57,374 nt of DNA from positions 1 to 57,374 of the forward strand of contig DROX01000012.1 in NCBI GenBank assembly GCA_011321725.1. Reading direction: 5' to 3'. The notes below the pieces were generated by a model. It made no database searches, was not told where the DNA came from, and worked only from the letters and a program-made list of their open reading frames with translations. The translations under genes were made by a program, and so were the position numbers. Within the stretch, counting starts at the first letter, position 1; each line of letters opens with the position of its first letter. Positions 8,706 through 17,781 of this stretch are shown here, in pieces. This DNA is from Nitrospirota bacterium. GTDB lineage: Bacteria > Nitrospirota > Thermodesulfovibrionia > Thermodesulfovibrionales > JdFR-85.

Positions 8706-9752
8706 TCATTTTAATACAAGCTTTATATCAATATTATTCCTTACGACCTCAAGGGCCCGTTCTATCTTCTCCTTCTCCCTGACCCTGAATCTGCCCAGTA
8801 CCTTTTCTATCTTGTCTACCACTGTAAATGTATCCTCCCTGACAGAGATAATGGGGACACCCTGGAGCCTTGCCTTGCCTATGATCACGTCATTTGGAAG
8901 GAGTCCGCCGGTGAGGATTATGCAACGTGTGGATGTCTCAAGGGCTGCAAGCTGAATATCCGAACGGTGGGCACCTGTGATAACAGCCTTGTTAGGGGTG
9001 GCCCTGAAGTAGCGGAGTGCATTGTTTACATCCATTGCACCCACTGAGAAGTTCTCCACAAGCCTGTCAAGGGCATCCTCGGCACAGAGCACCTTTCCAC
9101 CAAGGAGGTCCACAAGGGCCCTCACGGGAACAGAGCCGAGTATCTTGTCATAAGGGACAATGCCAGCCACCCTGATATCCCTTTTCTTCAGATAGGGAAG
9201 GACCTTTTTACGGATGAACCCCCTTGCCTCATCACGCACCTGGTTGAATACCACGCAGTGGAGCCTTCCTTCAAGGATATCCTTGGCTGCACAGATATCA
9301 TCTATGGTATCTTCATTGTTCCATTTCTCCACCATTACCGCCCTTGCATCCATCTCTTTGATGATCCTCACCCCGTTTATACCATAGAGGGAACCCTCAA
9401 ATATATCCCTTGTACCTGCAATCAGAAGGATGTCATAGCCGCTGATTGCGCCTACAGCCTTCAGTATCCTTCTGTCCACTGACCTTACCTTGCCCGCTAA
9501 TGTCCTGTTGAGCATATCAAGGCTCTCTACGAAGGGGGATATCCTTTCCAGCGGCTCATCAAGTCCAAGGGCCTCCATGAAGAAGAGGGCCTCACTATCA
9601 TAGACCTTTCTGTTGACCTGTACAGGGTCATTACCAATGGGTTTGGTATAGCCAATACTGAATCCCATCTCCCTGAGTGCCAGCCCAAGCCCAAGGGTAA
9701 AGACCGATTTCCCCGAGTAAGGGCTCATGGATCCTATATATATCTTTTTCAT
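8706..9752 (-). CDS. Phosphotransacetylase-N-terminal-like protein (BioD/CobQ-like P-loop plus DRTGG domain, no Pta catalytic domain)
   Basis: 348 aa. The N-terminal SPYSGKS P-loop-like segment and the C-terminal VITGAHRSDIQLAALETSTRCIILTGG fit a DRTGG-type domain. SD GGGAGG lies 5 nt upstream. It starts 1 nt after the stop of the acetyl-CoA synthetase gene. Confidence 0.7.
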   Translation of the reverse strand: MKKIYIGSMSPYSGKSVFTLGLGLALREMGFSIGYTKPIGNDPVQVNRKVYDSEALFFMEALGLDEPLERISPFVESLDMLNRTLAGKVRSVDRRILKAVGAISGYDILLIAGTRDIFEGSLYGINGVRIIKEMDARAVMVEKWNNEDTIDDICAAKDILEGRLHCVVFNQVRDEARGFIRKKVLPYLKKRDIRVAGIVPYDKILGSVPVRALVDLLGGKVLCAEDALDRLVENFSVGAMDVNNALRYFRATPNKAVITGAHRSDIQLAALETSTRCIILTGGLLPNDVIIGKARLQGVPIISVREDTFTVVDKIEKVLGRFRVREKEKIERALEVVRNNIDIKLVLK

Positions 9753-9753
9753 G

Positions 9754-11844
9754 CTAACCTCCCTCTATGATTATCCTTGCATCAAGTGCTACTATGGAGT
9801 CCTCTCTCACCACAAGGGGATTAATATCCAGCTCCCTGATAACGGGAAAGTTCATAACAAGCCAGTTGAGCCTGAGCATGCAGTCCACAATACCCTCTAT
9901 GTCAACGGGCCTTTCACCCCTTGTGCCCTTCAGAAGGCTGTATGTGCGGATCTCCTGTATCATCTCCCTTATGTCAATCTCATCCACTGGTACCACCCTG
10001 AAGGAGACATCCTTGAGCACCTCCACATAGATACCTCCAAGCCCGAACATGAGCATATGTCCGAAGGTCCTGTCATGGGTTATGCCTGTTATAACCTCCT
10101 TGCCGTCCTGTATCATCTCGTATATGTTTACACCCCTGATATAGGCCTGGGGGACCCTTCTCCTTACACTTGATGTTATCTCAATAAAGGCCTCCCTCAC
10201 CTCATGGTCTGAGGCAAGGCCTATCTTCACGCCACCCACATCGGTCTTGTGTAGTATGTCAGGGGAGTTGATCTTCATGACCACGGGGTAGCCGATCCTC
10301 CTGGCAACAGCCACTGCCTCGTCACTGTCAGAGGCAGAGCCATGAGCCGGAAAGGGTATGCCGGCCTTTGAAAGACAGAGCCTTGCCTCCTCATCGGTTA
10401 GTGAACGCCTCTGTCCATCCAGTGCAGCAGATAGGACACCATCAATGGCAGTCCTGTCAATATCAAATGAAACAATCCTTCTCCTGGGTCTCTTCTTCCA
10501 CCTTGAGAACTGGCATAGCCTCTTGTAGGCACTTATGGCATCCTCGGGATAGGAATAGTTTGGTATGCCCGCGTCTTTCAGTATCTCAAGACCTTCCCTG
10601 ATACTCTCTGCACCCATGAAGGTGGTTATAACAGGTTTTCTGGTCTTCCTTGCTTCCTCCGCAACCACCTCTGCTGTTGCCCTTACATTGGTCATTGCCT
10701 GGGGTGTGAGTATGACCATGATGCCGTCTATATCCCTACTCCTTACAGCCTCCCCAAGGGCCACCCGATAACGGTCTTCCCTTGCATCACCGATGAGATC
10801 AATGGGGTTATAAAGGGAGGCATTTGGAGGAAGGGCCTTCCTTAGCCTTTCAGTGGCAGCCCTGTTAAGATAGGGAAGCTTAAGGGATGCCCTTTCAGCC
10901 TGGTCTGCTGCAATGATGCCAGGCCCACCTGCATTTGTTATGATCAAAAGCCTGTCACCCCGTGGAATCCTTTTTCCTGTAAAGACCCGTGCGATCTCAA
11001 ACAGCTCCTTTACCCCTGCAGCCCTTATGACGCCCGTCTGCCTGAAGGCAGCATCAAAGGCCGTGTCCGAGCCTGCAAGGGCACCTGTGTGCGATGATGC
11101 AGCCCTTGCACCTGCCTGGGTTCCACCTGACTTGATAAGTATAATGGGTTTCCTCTTTGTTGCCTTCTGGGCAACCCTGATGAAACGCTCACCTTCCACG
11201 ATATCCTCAATGTAACCAAGAATTATATCTGTATCCTCATCTTTGAGAAAGTATTCAATAAAGTCTGTCTCATTGAGGTCCACCTTGTTACCAAGGCTTA
11301 TGAATTTTGAGAACCCTATTTTATTTCCAATTGCCCAGTCAAGGATTGCCACGCCAAGGGCACCTGACTGGGAGAAAAAGGATATCCCCCCTCTTGGAAG
11401 CATCCCCTTCGCAAAGGTTGCATTCAAGGATAGGGCTGTGTTTATTATTCCCAGGCAGTTAGGGCCGAGGAGCCTCAAGCCACTGCCCTTTACAATCTCT
11501 TTCAACTCCTCCTCAAGTAATGCACCCTCATGTCCTGCCTCTTTAAAGCCTGCGGAGATCACAATCGCTGCCCTGACACCCTTTCTTATGCACTCCCTTA
11601 CAGTGTCGGGTACAAATCTGGCAGGGATTGCGATCACGGTCAGGTCAACCTCCTCCTTGATGGAGCCAACGGAGGGGTAAGTCCTCAGCCCCTCAATCTC
11701 CGTTGCAGAGGGGTTCACAGGAAAGACCCTTCCCCTGTAACCGTGAATGAGTATGTTCCTCAGGACACTGTGTCCGACCTTCTCCGGGTTCCTTGATGCC
11801 CCCACAACAGCGATTGATCCTGGATTGAAGAGTGCCTTCAGCAT
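9754..11844 (-). CDS. Acetate--CoA ligase (ADP-forming), fused alpha/beta subunits (NDP-forming acyl-CoA synthetase)
   Basis: LFNPGSIAVVGASRNPEKVGH (CoA-binding), the SSHTGALAG phosphohistidine loop and a C-terminal ATP-grasp segment (GYPVVMKINSPDILHKTDVGGV). The ORF is open to a TTG at 11886. ATG 11844 (MLKALFNPGS...) matches the usual family N-terminus. The start is uncertain. Confidence 0.85.
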   Translation of the reverse strand: MLKALFNPGSIAVVGASRNPEKVGHSVLRNILIHGYRGRVFPVNPSATEIEGLRTYPSVGSIKEEVDLTVIAIPARFVPDTVRECIRKGVRAAIVISAGFKEAGHEGALLEEELKEIVKGSGLRLLGPNCLGIINTALSLNATFAKGMLPRGGISFFSQSGALGVAILDWAIGNKIGFSKFISLGNKVDLNETDFIEYFLKDEDTDIILGYIEDIVEGERFIRVAQKATKRKPIILIKSGGTQAGARAASSHTGALAGSDTAFDAAFRQTGVIRAAGVKELFEIARVFTGKRIPRGDRLLIITNAGGPGIIAADQAERASLKLPYLNRAATERLRKALPPNASLYNPIDLIGDAREDRYRVALGEAVRSRDIDGIMVILTPQAMTNVRATAEVVAEEARKTRKPVITTFMGAESIREGLEILKDAGIPNYSYPEDAISAYKRLCQFSRWKKRPRRRIVSFDIDRTAIDGVLSAALDGQRRSLTDEEARLCLSKAGIPFPAHGSASDSDEAVAVARRIGYPVVMKINSPDILHKTDVGGVKIGLASDHEVREAFIEITSSVRRRVPQAYIRGVNIYEMIQDGKEVITGITHDRTFGHMLMFGLGGIYVEVLKDVSFRVVPVDEIDIREMIQEIRTYSLLKGTRGERPVDIEGIVDCMLRLNWLVMNFPVIRELDINPLVVREDSIVALDARIIIEGG

Positions 11845-12102
11845 ACCTTTAGGATATAACATTTCGTGAAAAAAATGAAGCTCCAATTCTTCAAAGGGGC
11901 GCTAAGCCCCTCAAATCCTGCGAAAATGCCATCCTCTGCTCTCCGCTTACTGTTACCTCCTGACTCCTGACTGTATTTATTGCACCTGCCCTGTTTTACC
12001 TGCCCGGGATTTTTGGGGCACCACTGATAAACAAAATAAACAAAAATCAGGGTCAATAGGTTAAAATATTATCAAAGGAAGGGGGTTTACAAGGAGGAGA
12101 GT

Positions 12103-12387
12103 ATGGGATATTATGTGATACTCAGCACTTTGACAGACGAGGGTCGCAAGACCCTGAAGGAGAAGCCTCAGAGGATTATGGAGGTCAACAGGGAGCTTGA
12201 GTCAATGGGTGTGAAGGTGAAGGCACAGTTTGCAGTACTCGGGCCTTATGATTTTGTAAACATCGTTGAGGCACCGGACAATGAGACAGTGGTAAAGATG
12301 TCTGTGGAGATCGGCTCAAGGGGGACCGTACAGTTGCTCTCAATGCCTGCCATTGAAGTAGAAGAACTGATTAATAAGCTTAAGTAA
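12103..12387 (+). CDS. GYD domain-containing protein
   Basis: 94 aa. MGYYVIL...GRKTL...VLGPYDFVNIVEAPDNETV is the GYD-family pattern. SD AAGGAGGAG lies upstream. Confidence 0.7.
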   Translation: MGYYVILSTLTDEGRKTLKEKPQRIMEVNRELESMGVKVKAQFAVLGPYDFVNIVEAPDNETVVKMSVEIGSRGTVQLLSMPAIEVEELINKLK

Positions 12388-12471
12388 TTCAATGTACATC
12401 CCCCTTCCTTTGCTGTATGGAGCCTTTAAGCATGTCTCTACGGTTTATAATCATACTGCGGGAGGAGTTGT

Positions 12472-12717
12472 ATGGCTGATATCAAGGCGGACTATGTGAT
12501 AGACACGAAGGGGCTCAACTGCCCCATGCCTGTGTTGAAGACAAAAAAGGCAATTGATTCGCTGAAAGTAGGAGAGGTACTGGAGGTTATGACCACAGAT
12601 CCGGGTGCAAGGGTGGACATCCCTGCGCTGGTAAAGAGGCTTGGCCAGGAGCTCATCGGTTCAAAGGAGGAGAAGGGTGTAACCTCCTTCTTCATAAGGA
12701 AGACAAGATCAGATTAG
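12472..12717 (+). CDS. TusA/SirA-family sulfurtransferase
   Basis: 81 aa with the conserved GLNCPMPVLKTKKAI active-site Cys motif. SD GGAGGAG lies upstream. Confidence 0.75.
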   Translation: MADIKADYVIDTKGLNCPMPVLKTKKAIDSLKVGEVLEVMTTDPGARVDIPALVKRLGQELIGSKEEKGVTSFFIRKTRSD

Positions 12718-12768
12718 AATGGCCTTTTCCTGTTTTATTTCTGGAAGGTTGTATTGAAAATATAAAGT

Positions 12769-13452
12769 ATGTTAAATTTTAGAATGTTAAGGTTTTGTTT
12801 TACAATAATAATTTTGTTCTTCCTTGCTGCTGCGGCTGATGCCACAACGATATACCGTTACGTTGATGAAAACGGTGTTGTCCATTTCACCGATGTTGTA
12901 CCGGACCGATACAAGGCCAGGATTATAACAGGCCCTAAAAAGACAACCCCTTCAGGGAGCAACTACTACAGCCTTTCCTACCTGAAGAGGCTTGCTGAAG
13001 AGGCTGCTCACAGGTACTCACTTGATCCGGAACTTGTAAAAAGGGTTATCCAGAAGGAGTCACGCTGGAATCCCTACGCTGTATCAAAGAGCGGTGCAAT
13101 GGGCCTGATGCAGCTGATGCCGAAGACTGCAAGGATACTGGGTGTAAGGAACCCCTTTGATCCCGAGGAAAATATCAATGCAGGTGTGAGATATCTGAAG
13201 AACCTGATAGATTATTTTGGAGACGTAAAAAAGGCACTTGCAGCCTACAATGCAGGGCCAACCAGCGTGAGGCGTTTTGGAGGTATACCCCCCTTTGAAG
13301 AGACAAGGGGTTATGTCAGGGAGATAATGTACAACTATAAAGGCAAGGGAACAAAGAGACATAGAGAAAGAATATACAAAATAGTCCTCAGTGACGGAAC
13401 CATAATGTTTACCAACTCGCCTGTCTATCTGAAAGGGAAATCTTCATTTTAA
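12769..13452 (+). CDS. Lytic transglycosylase (SLT domain) with an N-terminal DUF4124-like segment and signal peptide
   Basis: IYRYVDENGVVHFTD (DUF4124-like). SLT catalytic region: QKESRWNPYAVSKSGAMGLMQLMP...AYNAGP. Confidence 0.8.
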   Translation: MLNFRMLRFCFTIIILFFLAAAADATTIYRYVDENGVVHFTDVVPDRYKARIITGPKKTTPSGSNYYSLSYLKRLAEEAAHRYSLDPELVKRVIQKESRWNPYAVSKSGAMGLMQLMPKTARILGVRNPFDPEENINAGVRYLKNLIDYFGDVKKALAAYNAGPTSVRRFGGIPPFEETRGYVREIMYNYKGKGTKRHRERIYKIVLSDGTIMFTNSPVYLKGKSSF

Positions 13453-13473
13453 TCAGGAAGGAGTGTTCAGGGA

Positions 13474-14451
13474 ATGAAGGAAAATATCGTAGAGGAGATT
13501 TTCAGGCTCAAAGACCAGCGGAGAGCGATAATACTGTCCCACAATTACCAGAGGGAGGAGGTGCAGGATATAGCCGATTTCGTCGGCGATTCTCTTGAAC
13601 TTTCACGCCAGGCAGCAGGGGTGGATTGTGATGTTATAGTCTTCTGCGGGGTAAACTTCATGGCAGAGAGTGCATCCATCCTCTCACCGGACAAGACAGT
13701 GCTTCTACCCTCCCTTGATGCAAACTGTCCCATGGCTGATATGGTAAGGGTCTCGGGTACAAGAAAGGTATGGAGGACATTTCCCGGATATGAGGTGCAG
13801 CCAGCATTTGTCTTTCCCCATGATTTCACACTCCTGGACATGAAGAGAAAATACCCGGGCATCCCTGTGGTGTGCTATGTGAATACCACTGCTGATGTAA
13901 AGGCAGAAAGTGATATATGCTGCACCTCTGCCAATGTGGTAAAGGTGGTGGAGTCACTGCCTGAGGAAAGGGTGATATGCATCCCCGACAGGAACCTCTC
14001 GGCATGGGCACAGAAGAAAACGGGCAAGGAGATCATTACCTGGGATGGCTTCTGCCATGTACATGACAGGGTAACGGCCGAGGATGTTGAACGTGCAAGA
14101 AGGGAACACCCCGGGGCAGTAGTCATGGCACACCCTGAGTGCAGGCTTGAGGTACTTGAGCTGGCAGACCATGTGACAAGCACCTCGGGGATGCTCAGGT
14201 ATGCAGGCCAGTCTGATGCAAAGGAGTTTATTGTTGGCACAGAGGTTGGTCTTCTGTACAGGCTCAGAAAGGAGAACCCTGAGAAGGTCTTTCATCCGCT
14301 GAGAAAGGATATGATATGTCCCAACATGAAAAAGACCACCCTTGAGAAGGTGCTCTGGGCATTGAAGGAGATGAAGAACGAGATAAAGGTGCCTGAACAG
14401 ACAAGGATAAGGGCTGTGAATGCCCTTGACAGGATGCTGAAGATAAAATAA
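13474..14451 (+). CDS. nadA: Quinolinate synthase
   Basis: 325 aa. ILSHNYQREEVQDIADFVGDSLELSR, VFCGVNFMAES and HPEC are NadA patterns. Confidence 0.9.
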   Translation: MKENIVEEIFRLKDQRRAIILSHNYQREEVQDIADFVGDSLELSRQAAGVDCDVIVFCGVNFMAESASILSPDKTVLLPSLDANCPMADMVRVSGTRKVWRTFPGYEVQPAFVFPHDFTLLDMKRKYPGIPVVCYVNTTADVKAESDICCTSANVVKVVESLPEERVICIPDRNLSAWAQKKTGKEIITWDGFCHVHDRVTAEDVERARREHPGAVVMAHPECRLEVLELADHVTSTSGMLRYAGQSDAKEFIVGTEVGLLYRLRKENPEKVFHPLRKDMICPNMKKTTLEKVLWALKEMKNEIKVPEQTRIRAVNALDRMLKIK

Positions 14452-14456
14452 CCTAA

Positions 14457-15737
14457 ATGAAGAGATTTTATATCCACACCCTTGGCTGTCCGAAGAACCA
14501 GGTGGACTCCTCGTCACTCTGTTCAGCCATGACAGATGGTGGTCTCCTGGAGACAGATGCCCCGGAGGATGCTGATTTTATCCTGGTAAATACCTGCGGA
14601 TTCATTGAGGAGGCAAAGGAGGAGTCCATTGAGCATATCCTTGAAATCATTGAAAGGAAGTCCCCTGGACAGAAAGCCATTGTCTTTGGCTGCCTTGCCC
14701 AGCGCTACAGAGAGGAGCTGAGAAGGGAGCTGCCCGAGGTGGATGCCATCTTCGGGGTGGAGAGCTTCCATGAGATACTGGAATTCATAAAACTGTGGGG
14801 AAACAACAGTGTGGCTGACAGAACCCTCTCACACAGGGAAAGATCCTCATCTTATGCCTATCTGAAGATAGCTGAGGGGTGTAACAGAAGATGTACATTC
14901 TGTGTAATACCTTCCATCAGAGGGGCTCTGAGGAGTTATCCACCCGAGAGGGTACTTGAAGAGGCAAGGAGACTTGTTGAGGAGGGTGTAAAAGAGATCA
15001 TCCTTGTTGCCCAGGACATAACATCCTACGGTCTGGACAGGGGAGGCTTCAAACTGCACCAGCTCGTAAGGGAGATGGCCTCCATTGAGGGGGAGTTCTG
15101 GATCAGGCTCCTCTATCTCTATCCATCCATGATAGATGATGAGTTGATGGAGGTCATAAGGGAGGAGGATAAGGTCTGCCCTTATCTGGATATCCCTGTG
15201 CAGCACTCAGAGGAGAGGATATTAAGATTAATGGGAAGGGGCGGCTCTTCGGAGACCTTCAAGGAGCTCTTCCAGAGGCTCAGGGAGGGGATCCCAGGGG
15301 TTGTTTTAAGGACCACCGTGATTGTGGGATTCCCCTCGGAGACCGATGAGGAGTTTGAGAGGCTCCTTGATTTCGTGAAAGAGGTGGGCTTTGACAGGCT
15401 CGGTGTTTTCAGATACTCCCGTGAGGAGGGAACAGAGGCCTACAGGATGAAAGGACATATCCCTGAGGAGGTTAAATGGGAGAGGTATCATGAGGTCATG
15501 AAGACACAGGCAGAGATATCATACAAAAAGAATCTTACCCTCATAAACAGGAAATTTCAGGTACTTACTGATGGTATAGACGGTGATATGGTCATTGCAA
15601 GGTACTATGGCCAGGCACCAGAGATTGACGGAATTGTTATAATAGATGGTTTGGGAGAAGGGATAAGACCGGGCAGGTTTGTGGATGTGAGGATTACTGA
15701 TGCTGATGAGTATGATCTGAGGGCAGAGGTGGTATGA
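14457..15737 (+). CDS. rimO: Ribosomal protein S12 methylthiotransferase (MiaB-like radical SAM with TRAM domain)
   Basis: HTLGCPKNQVDSS N-terminal UPF0004 domain, CNRRCTFC radical SAM cluster motif and a C-terminal TRAM-like region. It starts 5 nt after nadA. Confidence 0.85.
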   Translation: MKRFYIHTLGCPKNQVDSSSLCSAMTDGGLLETDAPEDADFILVNTCGFIEEAKEESIEHILEIIERKSPGQKAIVFGCLAQRYREELRRELPEVDAIFGVESFHEILEFIKLWGNNSVADRTLSHRERSSSYAYLKIAEGCNRRCTFCVIPSIRGALRSYPPERVLEEARRLVEEGVKEIILVAQDITSYGLDRGGFKLHQLVREMASIEGEFWIRLLYLYPSMIDDELMEVIREEDKVCPYLDIPVQHSEERILRLMGRGGSSETFKELFQRLREGIPGVVLRTTVIVGFPSETDEEFERLLDFVKEVGFDRLGVFRYSREEGTEAYRMKGHIPEEVKWERYHEVMKTQAEISYKKNLTLINRKFQVLTDGIDGDMVIARYYGQAPEIDGIVIIDGLGEGIRPGRFVDVRITDADEYDLRAEVV

Positions 15738-16636
15738 AAAAAAAGGGTTATACAGTACAGATAGTGCTCTTCCTCCTTACCGTGATCTCCACCCTTGTAG
15801 CAGGCACGCTCCAGAAGGGTATCAATATCATCTCAGAACCACAGAGGATTGTTGAGGGGGTACCCTTTTCCCTCTCGTTGATGGCCATACTGCTCACCCA
15901 TGAACTGAGTCATTACTTTGCGTCAAAGCTGAACCATACAGAGGCAACGCTGCCCTATTTTATTCCTGCACCATCCATATTCGGTACCTTCGGTGCCTTC
16001 ATCAAGATGAAGTCACCCATTACCACAAGGAAGGCACTGATAGAGATCGGTGCATCAGGGCCTATTGGGGGATTCCTGGTTGCACTTGTTGTTACCATAT
16101 ACGGGCTGAGCCTCTCAAGGGTGGTGGACCTCTCCTCTGAACAGGTTGGGCTTGTGCTTGGAGATTCCATCATATTCAGTATCCTATCCAGAATCATTGT
16201 TGGTGTGCCACCTGAGGGAAAGGATGTCCTGCTCCATCCTGTTGCCTTTGCCGGATGGATCGGTTTCTTTGTGACAGCAATGAATCTCCTTCCCATTGGC
16301 CAGCTTGATGGCGGGCATATCTCCTTTGCACTCTTCGGGCACAGGCGGCACAGGAGGATATCCTTCTTCCTCGCCACAACCCTTGCCCTGGTGGGCATCT
16401 CAAGGCTCTACCTCTACAGCGATATCTTCTCCTCCGGGATATTTAACACCCTCAGGAACTACCTCTGGGAGGGATGGGCTGTCTGGGCATTCCTTCTCTT
16501 TATGCTCGGGATTGAGCATCCTCCCGTCATGTTCTGGGAGGAACCGTTGCCCAGAAGCAGGATGATCATGGGATATATTGCACTGGCAATCTTTATCCTG
16601 ACCTTCGTGCCTGTACCTATAAAGGTGGTCCAATGA
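15734..16636 (+). CDS. Site-2 protease family (M50) membrane metalloprotease
   Basis: 300 aa, polytopic. HELSHY zinc motif and a later NLLPIGQLDGGH motif. ATGA overlap with rimO. Confidence 0.75.
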   Translation: MKKKGYTVQIVLFLLTVISTLVAGTLQKGINIISEPQRIVEGVPFSLSLMAILLTHELSHYFASKLNHTEATLPYFIPAPSIFGTFGAFIKMKSPITTRKALIEIGASGPIGGFLVALVVTIYGLSLSRVVDLSSEQVGLVLGDSIIFSILSRIIVGVPPEGKDVLLHPVAFAGWIGFFVTAMNLLPIGQLDGGHISFALFGHRRHRRISFFLATTLALVGISRLYLYSDIFSSGIFNTLRNYLWEGWAVWAFLLFMLGIEHPPVMFWEEPLPRSRMIMGYIALAIFILTFVPVPIKVVQ

Positions 16637-17781
16637 GTGAGGGGCAGAAAAGGGTACTTATCGTAAGCGGTGAGGCCTCAGGCGAACTCTATGGGGCACT
16701 GCTGGCAGAGAGGCTCTTTGACAGATACAGTGACATCCTCATCTATGGTGTAGGTGGCGAGAGGATGCGGAAGGCAGGTGTAAAACTGATTGGCGAGATA
16801 ACAGGCGCCTTCGGTATCACAGAGACCTTCTCTTCGCTGAGCAGACTGCAGAAAAACTATGATAGTATAATCAGATGTCTTGATACGGAGCATCCAGAGG
16901 TGGTGGTGCTGATAGACTTCCCTGACTTCAACCTGAAGGTGGCAAGGGCTGCAAAGGAAAGGGGCCTAAAGGTGCTCTACTACGTGGGTCCCCAGGTATG
17001 GGCATGGCGAAAGAAGAGGATCCGTACAATTGTCTCATTAACAGATGCCATAGCTGTGATACTGCCCTTTGAGGAGGAGATTTACAGAAAAAATGGCGCC
17101 AGGTGTGAGTTTGTGGGCCATCCCATAATGGAGGAGATACTGGCTGTTAAAGGCAGCAGGGGGTTCATACGGCAATCACTGGGGTTGAGGCCTGATGGCG
17201 AGGTCCTGGCGCTTCTGCCCGGAAGCAGGGACAGTGAATTGAAGAGGTTACTGCCACTTTATCTTGAGGTGGTTGGAGAGCTTTCCCGGAGATACGGGAG
17301 CCTTCAATATATCCTTCCCCTTGCAGTGGGAATAGACAGGAAGGCCCATCGGGCTCTGCTGGGAAGACTTCAGGACAGAGGTGTGAGACTCGTGGATGGC
17401 CGCTCAACAGAGGCACTGATGGCAGCAGATTACGCATTGATAGCCTCTGGTACAGCAACACTTCAGGCAGCCCTGATAGGCGTACCAATGGTTGTGGTAT
17501 ACAAACTCTTTCCGCTCACCTATATCATAGGGCGTCTTGTGGTGAATGTAAAATACATAAGTCTTGTAAACATCCTCTATGGCGGTGAGATTGTGAAGGA
17601 GCTTATCCAGTGGAAGGCAAACAAGAGCAATGTCCTGGCTGAGCTTGAGAGGCTTATAAGGGAGGAGACGGTGAGAAGGAACATGAAAAAGGCCTTTAAC
17701 GAAATAAGGGATATCTATTATGATAAAAGACCGTCCGAGAGGGTAGCGGAGATGACAGGAGAGATTGCAGGATGGCAGTAG
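16633..17781 (+). CDS. lpxB: Lipid-A-disaccharide synthase
   Basis: 382 aa. VSGEASGELYGA N-terminus, ...YYVGPQVWAWR and ASGTATLQAAL are typical LpxB motifs. ATGA overlap with the upstream gene. Confidence 0.85.
   Translation: MSEGQKRVLIVSGEASGELYGALLAERLFDRYSDILIYGVGGERMRKAGVKLIGEITGAFGITETFSSLSRLQKNYDSIIRCLDTEHPEVVVLIDFPDFNLKVARAAKERGLKVLYYVGPQVWAWRKKRIRTIVSLTDAIAVILPFEEEIYRKNGARCEFVGHPIMEEILAVKGSRGFIRQSLGLRPDGEVLALLPGSRDSELKRLLPLYLEVVGELSRRYGSLQYILPLAVGIDRKAHRALLGRLQDRGVRLVDGRSTEALMAADYALIASGTATLQAALIGVPMVVVYKLFPLTYIIGRLVVNVKYISLVNILYGGEIVKELIQWKANKSNVLAELERLIREETVRRNMKKAFNEIRDIYYDKRPSERVAEMTGEIAGWQ

Noticed and set aside
8200-8955. 251-aa plus-strand ORF spanning the moxR / DRTGG-gene junction
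   Set aside because: It is antisense to two confidently identified minus-strand genes. It is Ser/Leu-rich and low in complexity, with no SD or motif. Same shadow-ORF explanation.
11838-12056. 72-aa minus-strand ORF in the acd / GYD intergenic region
   Set aside because: It overlaps the 5' end of the acetyl-CoA synthetase gene in another frame and has no SD or motif. The region is better explained as a divergent promoter region.
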